Below are positions 26,516 to 36,290 of a DNA stretch of 40,000 nt, in pieces. Where the stretch lies: the sequence record MT774389.1; one strand, 5' to 3'. A model generated the notes under the pieces. The model had not been told where the DNA came from. It did not search any database and was given only the letters and a program-made list of their open reading frames with translations. Source of the DNA: an uncultured phage cr116_1. Position numbers and translations under genes: made by a program. Position 1 is the stretch's first letter. Each line of letters opens with the position of its first letter.

Positions 26516-26747
26516 GGATGTAGAACTATGTAATCAATTCTTAAGGAATAGACAATTCGAGAATCTTCGTGAAATAGTAGAATCTTGTCTTGTTATGAAG
26601 AAGAGGGATGATTGCAGAGATGTACATAAAGATAAGTGGTTAAATGTGGATAGAAGTCAGTTAGAGCAGCTAACTCTTGATATAAGAGAATATACCTCTT
26701 ACTTGGATTTATCTGATATTTCTAATGACTTAGAAGAGGAATTTTAA
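26463..26747 (+). CDS. Hypothetical protein
   Basis: 94 aa ORF. Confidence 0.65.
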   Translation: MNQLYQRIQQNLQCLPPKDVELCNQFLRNRQFENLREIVESCLVMKKRDDCRDVHKDKWLNVDRSQLEQLTLDIREYTSYLDLSDISNDLEEEF

Positions 26748-27346
26748 TGGAAAGAAAAAGCTTAAGAGATATATCTTGGCAGGTAATTCCTGGTCTAGAA
26801 AATTATGCTGCTAGTGATACTGGAGATATAAAAGCTCTTCCTAAAATAAGAGAAGGTAATCTATCTTGTCTCAATAACATGCATGACAGGACTGATAAAT
26901 CTCATAGACATTATAAGGAGAAGATACTAAAGCAGACATTCAAGCAAAGATATTTTTATGTGTCTTTGACACAGAATGGAGTAAAGAAGAATTATAGGGT
27001 ACATAGATTGGTTTATATGGCATTCAAAGGTTTAATTCCAGAAGGAATGGTAATTGACCACATAGATGGTAATACTAAAAATAATAATATTTCAAATCTT
27101 AGATGTGCGAGTATTTCCGAAAATTGCCAAAATCCAAATACTATATGTAAGAAATACAAAGCAGTAGTGCAAATAGATAAAAGTACTAATGAAGTTTTAC
27201 ACATTCATTCATCTATTAAAGATGCCATGCTCTCTCTAGGCTTTAATTATTCCCCATCTATGACATGTCATATTGGAGATGTATGTAATAATAAAAGAAA
27301 TACTTGTTATGGATATAAATGGAAATGGAAGAAAGAGTCTATATGA
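26747..27346 (+). CDS. NUMOD4/HNH homing endonuclease
   Basis: WQVIPGLENYAASDTGDIKAL and YRVHRLVYMAFKGLIPEGMVIDHIDGNTKNNNISNLRC. Confidence 0.92.
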   Translation: MERKSLRDISWQVIPGLENYAASDTGDIKALPKIREGNLSCLNNMHDRTDKSHRHYKEKILKQTFKQRYFYVSLTQNGVKKNYRVHRLVYMAFKGLIPEGMVIDHIDGNTKNNNISNLRCASISENCQNPNTICKKYKAVVQIDKSTNEVLHIHSSIKDAMLSLGFNYSPSMTCHIGDVCNNKRNTCYGYKWKWKKESI

Positions 27347-28064
27347 TATATCTCTTAAAATAACAGAAAAAGAGTATAGGGCAGACCCTGCCTTATCATA
27401 TAGTACTTTAGCACGTTATGAAAGAGAAGGATTTAATAATCTAGATAAGCTATTTGATAGGATAGAAACTCCTTCTCTTGTTTTTGGCTCTTGTGTTGAT
27501 ACTCTTATCACTGGTAATGAGGAAGAGTTTAATCAACTATTTATGGTAGCAGAGCTTGACAATAGTCTTTCAGATACTCTTGTTACCATTGTTAAGAAGC
27601 TGCTTAATGACTTTAAGGATAAATATCATGCACTAAAGGATATTCCTGATGATGATATTATAACATCTATTGAAGATATACAGTGGAATAACCATTGGTT
27701 ACCTAAGACAAGAGCTAAGAAAATTAAAGAAGATTGTGCTGGATACTATGGTCTATTATATTTAGCTGGTGAAAAGAAGATTATCAGTACTCAAACCTAT
27801 AATGATGTTCAAAATACTGTAGATAAGCTTAAAACTTCTGATGCAACCAAGTTTTATTTTGAACCAGACAATATGTTTGATGATAGTATACAAAGGTTTT
27901 ATCAATTGAAGTTCAAAGCAACTTTCAATGGTATTGACTACAGATGTATGGCTGATGAGATAATTGTATTTCATGATAAAAAATTAGTTGTCCCTGTAGA
28001 TTTGAAGACTAGTTCTAAAACAGAGTGGGATTTCTATAAAAGCTTCTTTATTGATTGGAGATAT
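27273..28064 (+). CDS. RecB/Cas4-like PDDEXK exonuclease, exon 1 (start uncertain)
   Basis: YRADPALSYSTLARYEREGF, DYRCMADEI...LVVPVDLKTSSKTEWDFYKSFFIDWRY. Confidence 0.8.
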
Positions 28065-29028
28065 GAAATAAGTAATTTATTTATTAGTTTGGAGATATGA
28101 GAAATTTTACTTATCTTTGCATTGAATTATAAATCAATGTATTATGAGAAAGTATAATTTTAATGAGCATTATTTTGATGTTATAGATTGCCAAGAAAAG
28201 GCATATTGGCTTGGTTTCTTTGCAGCAGATGGTTATAATCATGTAAGTAAAGGTTATATAGAGTTTAGATTACATAAACAAGATAAGGAAATATTAGAGA
28301 AATTCAAATCTTGCATAGAATCTAATAATCCTATAGGATTATATAAGCAGACCTACTGTAACTTATCTTTATATTCTAAACACTTATGTGACAAATTATC
28401 TGAATATGGATTAAGCCAAGCTAAGACTTACACTTTACAAATTCCTGAATTGAATGATGTTCTAATGAGACATTTTATAAGAGGCTACTTTGATGGAGAT
28501 GGCTGTTTTTCTGTAATAAAAAGAAATGATAGGAAAAATCCAAATAGTAAAACTTATCAATTTAACATTACTGGTATGGAGAATCCTCTTAGAAAGATAC
28601 AAGAGCATTTAATTAAAAATATAGGAGTTGTAGATAATGGATTAAAGCATAGAAAATCTACTATTGCGGTTACAATCCATTATAGTGGAAGAAATGTATG
28701 TAAAAGAATACTTGACTATTTATATCAAGATGCTACTGTTTATCTCCAAAGAAAATATAATAAATATGTAGAATATTGTATCTCGGCAGAGTAATCTGCA
28801 ATAATAATAAACCTCGTGAACTCAGGGGACATCCTATTAGGACAATCCTGAGCCAAGCCTTAGAAATAAGGAAGGTGCAACGACTATCCTGTAAAGGAGT
28901 ACATTCAAGTGAATGGAAGTGCGAGGCTCCTCAGTATTGAGGATGATGATATAGTCTCATCTGTATGGTAACATACAGCAGTTCATAAGAGAACGCAGAT
29001 AAATTAACGACTTATCTGGAAGATAATG
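28065..29028 (+). ncRNA. Group I intron in the PDDEXK exonuclease gene
   Basis: Exon join gives DWRY-DIQGRLYW; aaggtgcaacgactatc (R) and gatatagtctc (S) core elements; encodes LAGLIDADG ORF. Confidence 0.85.
28144..28794 (+). CDS. Intron-encoded LAGLIDADG homing endonuclease
   Basis: KAYWLGFFAADGY and HFIRGYFDGDGCF motifs. Confidence 0.9.
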   Translation: MRKYNFNEHYFDVIDCQEKAYWLGFFAADGYNHVSKGYIEFRLHKQDKEILEKFKSCIESNNPIGLYKQTYCNLSLYSKHLCDKLSEYGLSQAKTYTLQIPELNDVLMRHFIRGYFDGDGCFSVIKRNDRKNPNSKTYQFNITGMENPLRKIQEHLIKNIGVVDNGLKHRKSTIAVTIHYSGRNVCKRILDYLYQDATVYLQRKYNKYVEYCISAE

Positions 29029-29343
29029 GATATTCAAGGTAGATTATACTGGAGAATAATCAGAGATAATATGAATAGAGACCCTTATTTTAAGGATTTC
29101 AAGTTAGCTCCATTCAAGTTCATAGTAGCTAACAAGAGAACTTTAACCCCACTTGTATGGAACTTTAAATCAACTGAAGCTATGGGAGACTTAACATTTG
29201 GCAAGAATGGACAGATAGTCCTCAGAGACCCATTTACAATAGGTGAGGAACTATCACATTATCTAAAGGATAAACCTACTGTTCCAGATGGTATAAGTAA
29301 GGTAAGTCCTAATCAACTTGAAGATTGGATTAACAAAATATGA
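29029..29343 (+). CDS. RecB/Cas4-like PDDEXK exonuclease, exon 2
   Basis: DIQGRLYWRII (QxxxY motif) in frame with exon 1. Confidence 0.8.
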   Translation, partial: DIQGRLYWRIIRDNMNRDPYFKDFKLAPFKFIVANKRTLTPLVWNFKSTEAMGDLTFGKNGQIVLRDPFTIGEELSHYLKDKPTVPDGISKVSPNQLEDWINKI

Positions 29344-31535
29344 AAGTAATAAAAAGAGTAAAGAAAGGTAATGGAAGTCAGCTTGAAGAGTTTGATTTAA
29401 ATAAAATAATCAATGCTGTTAAGAAGGCTTATTCTTCTCAAAACAAAGAAATTGATGAAGAAGTACTTAAAGAATTGAATTATATTCCCTCATACCATGA
29501 AGGAGCTAGTACAGTAGATGTAGAAACTATACAGAATGAAGTAGAAAAAATTCTTATGGACTTAGCTCCTTATGATGTAGCTAGAGCTTATATTATATGG
29601 AGAGAAGTTCATAAGAAAATTAGAATTTATGCTGAAAATAAAATAGCCTTTATAAATAGGTATAAAAACTCTTCTAATACTGCAAATGCTACTATAGATG
29701 ACAATTCTAATGTTAATAGTAAAAATATTGGAATTTTAAATGCAGAAATACATAAAGAGGACAATATTCACATTTCTAGAAGAATGATGGTAAATAAACT
29801 AGAAGAGCTATTTCCTGACTTTAGAGCTAAAAATTATATAGATGATTTGAATAATCATATTATATATAAGCATGATGAAAATTCTTTTGCAGGAGCTATA
29901 TCTCCTTACTGTGCCAGCATTACAATGTATCCATTTCTACTAGATGGTATTAAAGGTATTGGAGGATTAAGTACTAAATCACATAATTTAAATAGCTTCT
30001 GTGGTATGTATATTAATCTTATATTCGCTACTTCTTCTATGTTTGCTGGCGCTGTTGCTACTTCAGAATTTCTTCTTTATTTTACCTACTTCTGTAAGAA
30101 AGAATGGGGAAACAATTTCTACCTAAAGCCAGATATAAAGGTAACTACTGAATTTTGTAATAGACAACAGACTATTAGAAGTCAAATACATCAATATTGG
30201 CAGCAAGTAATATATTCAATTAATCAACCTTCCGCTGCAAGGGGACTCCAAAGTGCTTTTGTCAATTTTTCTTACTTTGATAAACCCTTCTTTGAAGGTA
30301 TGTTTGGAAACTTTTATTTTCCTGATGGAAGTCAGCCAGATTGGGAATCTTTAAAATGGATTCAAGAAGAATTTATGCAATGGTTTAATAAGGAAAGGTT
30401 AGTATGTATGTTAACTTTCCCCGTAGAATCATTTACTTTATTATATAAAAATGGAGAATTTATAGATAAAGAAAGTGCTAAATTTGTAGCTGAAGAGTAT
30501 GCTAGAGGTCACAGTTTCTTCACTTATATAAGTGATACTGTAGATAGTCTTAGCTCTTGTTGTCGCCTAAAGAATAAGATACAGACTAAAGAATTTAACT
30601 TTACTAATGGAAATATAGGTATTCAAACTGGTAGTAAGTCAGTAATTACTTTAAATCTCAATAGAATTATACAGAATTGGTTTAATCAATACACTACACC
30701 TCTTATAACTACTACAGATTTTTCAAAATTCTCGGAAGAGGATAAAAAGGCTTTGAAAAATTATATAATTAGTATTCTAGAAAGAGTATATAAATATCAT
30801 ATTGCCTATAATGAATATTTGTGGGATATGTATAATGCTAATTTACTACCTGTATATAAAGCAGGATTTATAGACCTAGATAAACAATATTTAACTATAG
30901 GTATAAATGGTTTAAATCAAGCTGCTGAATTTTTGGGCTTAAACTGCAACAATAATAAACGCTATAAAGATTTTTGTCAACTAATATTTAGTACTATAAA
31001 AGAAAGTAACACTAAAAATAATGGTAAATTTAATAATCATGTTTTAACATTTAATACTGAATGTGTCCCTGCTGAATCACTTGCCCATAAAAATTATGTT
31101 TGGGATAAGAAGGATGGTTATAAAGTTTCCAGTGATATTAACTTATATGCTAGCTATATATTTAAACCTAATGATACTAATATATCAATATTAGATAAAT
31201 TTATACTGCATGGTAGTGAATATATAGGAGATTTTCTTGATGGGGGAGCTGCATGTCATATTAACTTAGAGAATCATTTAAGTGTAGAACAGTATAATAA
31301 ACTAATTAAGTTTGCTGCTGAAGTAGGATGCCAATACTTTACTTTTAATATTCCTAACAGTGAATGTGATGACTGCGGATATATAACCAAACATCCTATA
31401 GAAAAGTGTCCCAAGTGTAGTAGTACTCATATTAATTTATGGGATAGACCTATAGGATATTTGAGTAAAGTTAAAAATTGGTCAGAGGCTAGGCAAATAG
31501 AGAGAAAAATTAGAGTATATAGTAAGAGTATATAA
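29340..31535 (+). CDS. nrdD: Anaerobic (class III) ribonucleoside-triphosphate reductase
   Basis: N-terminal ATP-cone, C-terminal CDDCGYITKHPIEKCPKCSS zinc site and RPIGYLSKVKNWSEARQIE glycyl-radical region. Confidence 0.92.
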   Translation: MKVIKRVKKGNGSQLEEFDLNKIINAVKKAYSSQNKEIDEEVLKELNYIPSYHEGASTVDVETIQNEVEKILMDLAPYDVARAYIIWREVHKKIRIYAENKIAFINRYKNSSNTANATIDDNSNVNSKNIGILNAEIHKEDNIHISRRMMVNKLEELFPDFRAKNYIDDLNNHIIYKHDENSFAGAISPYCASITMYPFLLDGIKGIGGLSTKSHNLNSFCGMYINLIFATSSMFAGAVATSEFLLYFTYFCKKEWGNNFYLKPDIKVTTEFCNRQQTIRSQIHQYWQQVIYSINQPSAARGLQSAFVNFSYFDKPFFEGMFGNFYFPDGSQPDWESLKWIQEEFMQWFNKERLVCMLTFPVESFTLLYKNGEFIDKESAKFVAEEYARGHSFFTYISDTVDSLSSCCRLKNKIQTKEFNFTNGNIGIQTGSKSVITLNLNRIIQNWFNQYTTPLITTTDFSKFSEEDKKALKNYIISILERVYKYHIAYNEYLWDMYNANLLPVYKAGFIDLDKQYLTIGINGLNQAAEFLGLNCNNNKRYKDFCQLIFSTIKESNTKNNGKFNNHVLTFNTECVPAESLAHKNYVWDKKDGYKVSSDINLYASYIFKPNDTNISILDKFILHGSEYIGDFLDGGAACHINLENHLSVEQYNKLIKFAAEVGCQYFTFNIPNSECDDCGYITKHPIEKCPKCSSTHINLWDRPIGYLSKVKNWSEARQIERKIRVYSKSI

Positions 31536-31567
31536 TATAATAGACTATAAATTAATTAATTTATAAA

Positions 31568-32038
31568 ATGCTAAAATATGTAGATACATTAGTAGGTTTT
31601 GCAGAAATTCCTGATGAGATAACTCTATGTATTAATATAAGTAATTGCCCTTGTCATTGTATCAATTGTCATTCATCCTATCTAACAGAAGATATAGGAG
31701 AACCTCTTGATTTAGAACACTTGACTAATCTTATTGACAATAATAGAGGTATAACTTGTGTCTGTATTATGGGAGGTGATGCTTACCCAAGTGAAGTAGA
31801 TGATATTGCACAGAATATTAAGGAATACTATCCAGAGTTAAAAGTTGGATGGTATAGTGGAAGACAAGAACTAAGTAAAGATATTGATTTAAAGAATTTT
31901 GATTTTGTAAAGCTTGGGCCTTATATTGAAGAGCTTGGACCACTAAATAGTAAGACTACTAATCAAGTACTTCTTGAAGTAGAAGTTGTCCAAGGCAAGG
32001 TCTTTACTAAGGATATAACAGCAAAGTTTTGGAAATAG
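31568..32038 (+). CDS. nrdG: Anaerobic ribonucleotide reductase activating protein
   Basis: CPCHCINC = CX3CX2C radical-SAM motif; GGDAYP. Confidence 0.88.
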   Translation: MLKYVDTLVGFAEIPDEITLCINISNCPCHCINCHSSYLTEDIGEPLDLEHLTNLIDNNRGITCVCIMGGDAYPSEVDDIAQNIKEYYPELKVGWYSGRQELSKDIDLKNFDFVKLGPYIEELGPLNSKTTNQVLLEVEVVQGKVFTKDITAKFWK

Positions 32039-32214
32039 TTAAAGTCATTACAAAAGAATACAGAGAGGGTGATAATGCAGTGAAAACTACATCTATCACC
32101 CTTTTTGGTATGCCTATATTTAGGTATAAAAAATTAACAACAAACAATAAAGCTGTAGCATTGCTTACAGTTCAAAAGAAAACAATAATTAAAGGTTTTA
32201 AAAATGAAGATTAA
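32029..32214 (+). CDS. Small hypothetical protein
   Basis: 61 aa ORF overlapping both neighbours. Confidence 0.55.
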   Translation: MEIVKVITKEYREGDNAVKTTSITLFGMPIFRYKKLTTNNKAVALLTVQKKTIIKGFKNED

Positions 32215-32752
32215 AGTAAAAGAATTTGTAAAAGGTCTCTATACAGAGGCTAAAGATGAGAAGGGTAATTTGGTTCCTTTTATAAATCCTATTGGTGATT
32301 GTATTGACCTTAGAGCAGCAGAGGATTATAACTTTGAAGCTCCTCAAGCAGGTATTCTTCATCAGAAAGATGGAGTTAAGACAAGGGATGTAAAGTTTGA
32401 TGAGAAACTTATTAAGCTTGGAATTGCAATGCAATTGCCAAATGGATTTAGTGCTAAGATTAAACAGAGAAGCTCTACTACTAAAAAGCTTAGACTTGTA
32501 ATGGCTTCTTCTGGCTTTATTGACACAATATATTGTGGAGATAATGATGAGTGGGGATTCTATTGTTATTCAGTAGATAAAACTACTATTCATAAGGGAG
32601 AGAGAATTTGTCAATTTGAAATTGTGCCTAATCAGTTTGCAACCATGTGGCAGAAACTTAAGTGGCTCTTCTCTAGTAAGATAGAGTTTGAGTGGGTTGA
32701 TGAGCTTGGTAATACAGACAGAGGTGGTCATGGAAAAACAGGAGTTAAGTAA
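32204..32752 (+). CDS. dut: dUTPase
   Basis: GDCIDLRA, KQRSSTTKKLRLVMASSGFIDTIYCGDNDEW, GERICQFEIVP, RGGHGKTG. Confidence 0.93.
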   Translation: MKIKVKEFVKGLYTEAKDEKGNLVPFINPIGDCIDLRAAEDYNFEAPQAGILHQKDGVKTRDVKFDEKLIKLGIAMQLPNGFSAKIKQRSSTTKKLRLVMASSGFIDTIYCGDNDEWGFYCYSVDKTTIHKGERICQFEIVPNQFATMWQKLKWLFSSKIEFEWVDELGNTDRGGHGKTGVK

Positions 32753-33252
32753 TGATATTAGAGGCAATTTTAGTACTCACTGGAGTTGCTGCCTTGGGTA
32801 GTATAGTTAATATCTTTATGAAAGATAAAGAAGTACACCAAGAAAGTATCTCCATTAAGAAGTATATGCCAGGTGATTTACCTGTCATTACTCTGACTAA
32901 TAATGGTGTAGCTCTTAATTTCCTTATTGATACTGGAAGTAACATTTCTCATATATGTCCATCTGCTGCTGCTCTTATAGAACATGAACATCTAGGAAGT
33001 AATAACAATACAAAAATAGCTGGTCTTGGGGCAGTGAACCAAGGAGTTACTATTTGTACTGCCAAGTTTAAAGATACATTAAATAAGGAGTATAAAATAC
33101 AGCTTTCAATATCAGCTGAACTTGAGGAAACTAGTAAATATATCAAAGAAAATACTGGAATAGAAGTACATGGGTTACTTGGAACTGATTTTTTACAGAA
33201 CTATAAGTATGTAATTGATTTCAAGAGCTTAGAAGTATATGCAAGGAAATAA
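32752..33252 (+). CDS. Membrane-anchored retropepsin-like aspartyl protease
   Basis: N-terminal TM; VALNFLIDTGSNISHI catalytic DTGS; GLLGTDFLQNYKYVIDF. Confidence 0.85.
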   Translation: MILEAILVLTGVAALGSIVNIFMKDKEVHQESISIKKYMPGDLPVITLTNNGVALNFLIDTGSNISHICPSAAALIEHEHLGSNNNTKIAGLGAVNQGVTICTAKFKDTLNKEYKIQLSISAELEETSKYIKENTGIEVHGLLGTDFLQNYKYVIDFKSLEVYARK

Positions 33253-33302
33253 AATAAAGTTGCCTAATATGTGTCTGATAGTAGTTACATAAAAGTTGAA
33301 AT

Positions 33303-35092
33303 ATGATTTACTTAGTAACTGGTCAGAGAACTTTATTTGAGAGTGAAACCTATAAGGTTATAAGTGTTGAGGAGTCATTGAGGCTCCTCAATCCTTTAAC
33401 TATTGTAGGTCTAGATACTGAGACTCAGGGTTTCAGTCCATTTCTCAAGAAGCTCTTATTATTGCAGCTTGGTAACCGAGATTTCCAAGTTGTAATAGAC
33501 TGTACAACTGTCGATGTTACACTCTATAAGGAATATCTAGAATCAGACAGATTATTCATAGGTTGGAATCTGAAATTTGATGTAAAGTTCTTGTTCTATC
33601 ATGGTATTGTACCTACTAAACTATATGATGGTTTCATAGCTGAGAAGATGAGGTGGCTTGGCTATCCTAGTGGTATGCACAGTTTGAGCTTAAAGTCAGC
33701 AGGAGAAAATTATTTAGGTATTGAACTTGATAAATCTGTCAGAGGTGAAATCATTTGGAGAAATGAACTCACTGATAAGATTATAGTTTATTCTGCAAAT
33801 GATGTTAAGTATCTAGAAGATATTATGAACAAACAGCTTGAAATTCTTCTTCCTAGAGGTCAAAAGCTTGCTCTTGAAGTAGAAAATAGAGCCATCCTTC
33901 CTACTGCATATTTTGAGTTTTGTGGAGTTAATCTTGATGCTGAAAGGTGGAAAGCTAAGATGGTTAAAGACCAAGAAGCCCTAGATAAAGCTAAGGAAAG
34001 ACTTGATAACTTTGTTGTTGATATGTACAAGGAAGATAAGAGTCTTTCTAAGTTCATAAAGATTGTGGAGCCTGATTTATTTGATTTTGTTAAAGCTGGT
34101 CCAGCTTGTAATATCAATTGGAATAGTTCTAGACAAGTAATCCCATTCTTAGAGTCACTTGGTTTTAAGCTTGAGACAAGAGATAAAGCAACAGGAGGGA
34201 TAAAGAAATCTGTAGATGCAACAGTCATTGAAGGACAAAAGAATGTTCATCCTATAGCTGAAGTCTATCTTGAGTTTAAGGCTGCTCAGAAAGTAACAAG
34301 TACTTATGGTCAGAATTTCCTAGACCTTATAAACCCTGTCACTGGAAGATTACATACAAGTTTCAATCAGATAGGAACAGACACTCATAGATATAGCTCA
34401 GGTGGAGGAGAAGATAAAGAGGTTATTCCAGGCAAGAAAGTGCCATTGGTTAATCTACAAAATCTTCCTGCTGATGCTGAGACTAGAGCATGTTTCTGTG
34501 CTGAGAAGGGTAATAAATGGATTAGTGCAGACTATAGTGGGGAGGAATCAGTGATTCTTGCCAATATTGCTAAAGATACTGCAATGATTGATTTGTTTAC
34601 TAATGGTTGTGGAGATTTGCATAGCTTGGTAGCTAAGATGGTCTATCCAGAAGAGTTGCATGATATTCCTGTAGAGGATGTTAAGAAACTTAGACCTGAT
34701 TTAAGAAGGAAAGCTAAAGCTCCTGAGTTTACATTTGCTTATGGTGGTGATGCTAATACTCTGATAAGTAGAGACCATATACCAGAGGAAGAAGCTAGAC
34801 AGATTGAAGCTAACTATAGAAAGGGCTTTAAGGGAGTTGCAGCATACCAAGCCTATCAAAGAAAGATAGTGATGCAATTAGGTTATATAAACACCTGTCC
34901 TGAGGTTGGTTATAGAGCTTATATATATGACTATGACGAGCTGAAGTCTACTCAAGACAAGTTTGGTAAGGACTTTTGGGATACCTACAGAAGGCTTAAA
35001 GTTACTGACCCAACTAATCCTATTGTCGAGGAGGTAAGGCATTATTTCAAAAGGAAATCTGCCTCCGAGAGACAGAGTATAAATTATCCGAT
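33303..35092 (+). CDS. Family A DNA polymerase with 3'-5' exonuclease, exon 1
   Basis: VGLDTETQGFSP exo I, KWISADYSGEESVILANIAKD motif A, ...ERQSINYP. Confidence 0.92.
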
Positions 35093-36013
35093 GAAATGAA
35101 AGTTTGTGTCGGAGTAAAAACCATTAAATTCGGTGAACCCTGTGATGGGAATACCGAGCCAAGCATAGGCTTAACAACCTATGAAGGTGTAGAGACTAGG
35201 TGTTGAAACTATAAAAGAATATAATACACCCAAGAAAAATGGTAATACATTTGCATGGTTCAATAAATTATCCTAACTTTGCATAGGATTTATAAAATTG
35301 AATTATGGAAACAAAGATTTGTAATAAGTGTGGTATTGAACAGCCAATAGAGGAATTTGTTAAAAACCCTATGAGTAAAGGTGGTAGAATATGCAGTTGC
35401 AGAAGATGTAATAGCAAATTACAAAGGACACCAGAGACAATAGAATGTCTTGTGTGTGGGCAAATACTACCATTTTATAGGTTTGATTTAGCATATAAAT
35501 CTCCTACTGGAAGAAGGTGGTGCTGCAAAGAGTGTTGGTCTAAATTAAAGGATGAAACAGGTCTTAGTGACAATGCTCTTAGGAGAAAGTATGACCCCAC
35601 CTTTAATGCAAAGTCTTATGAGCAAAAGAAACAGGATAGGCAAAAACATTTTGTCCATTATATGTGGAAAGCTGCTAAAGATAGAGCTGAAAAGAGAGAC
35701 CTAGATTTCAATATAGAGGAGAGTGATATTATTATACCTAAAATATGTCCTCTGTTAGAGATACCAATTAAATTTGGAACAAAGGAAGATTATAATAACA
35801 GCCCCTCTCTTGATAGAATAGACAATACTAAAGGCTACATAAAAGGTAATGTGTGGGTTATTAGTAAAAAAGCTAACACTATGAAGAACTCAGCCACACT
35901 AAATGAGTTACAAACATTTTGTAAGAATGTATTAAGATATAGTCCGAGCTTTACTAAAGAAGAAGGTAAAGAGTCTAAGGATAAAGAGCCTTAGAGATAA
36001 CAAAATGACAAAG
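35093..36013 (+). ncRNA. Group I intron in DNA polymerase A gene
   Basis: Exon join gives ERQSINYPIRGSAIFKIAMVNLF; P1 TCCGAT/GTCGGA ending in U.G; gtagagactag and aagatatagtccg core elements. Confidence 0.92.
35305..35994 (+). CDS. Intron-encoded HNH-type endonuclease with zinc-binding N-terminus
   Basis: CNKCGIEQP...CSCRRC, CLVCG...CCKEC, SPSLDRIDNTKGYIKGNVWVISKKANTMKN. Confidence 0.85.
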   Translation: METKICNKCGIEQPIEEFVKNPMSKGGRICSCRRCNSKLQRTPETIECLVCGQILPFYRFDLAYKSPTGRRWCCKECWSKLKDETGLSDNALRRKYDPTFNAKSYEQKKQDRQKHFVHYMWKAAKDRAEKRDLDFNIEESDIIIPKICPLLEIPIKFGTKEDYNNSPSLDRIDNTKGYIKGNVWVISKKANTMKNSATLNELQTFCKNVLRYSPSFTKEEGKESKDKEP

Positions 36014-36278
36014 CAGAGGAAGTGCTATTTTCAAAATAGCTATGGTCAACCTCTTTAGATGGATTGTAGATAATAATTTATTTGGGAAAGTAAAGTTTTG
36101 TATTCCCTGCCATGATGAAGCCAACTTGGAAGCTCCTGAAGAAATTGCAGAAGAAGTTGCTAATAAACTCCATGAGTGTATGGTTAAAGCAGGAAAGTTT
36201 ATTTGTAGAATTGTTCCGCTTGATGCTGAAGTATCTAGGCTTAAGGATGGAACATTACCAACATATTGGATTCATTAG
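36014..36278 (+). CDS. Family A DNA polymerase, exon 2
   Basis: VKFCIPCHDEANLEAPEE motif C (HDE). Confidence 0.92.
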
Positions 36279-36290
36279 AAGGAAATTATT

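Noticed and set aside
25438-27974. Minus-strand ORFs 25438..25956, 27013..27204 and 27762..27974
   Set aside because: Antisense to plus-strand genes with recognisable domains or operon packing
32198-34228. Minus-strand ORFs 32198..32434, 32570..32767, 32745..32945, 32949..33146 and 33860..34228
   Set aside because: Antisense to dUTPase, aspartyl protease and DNA polymerase A; no support
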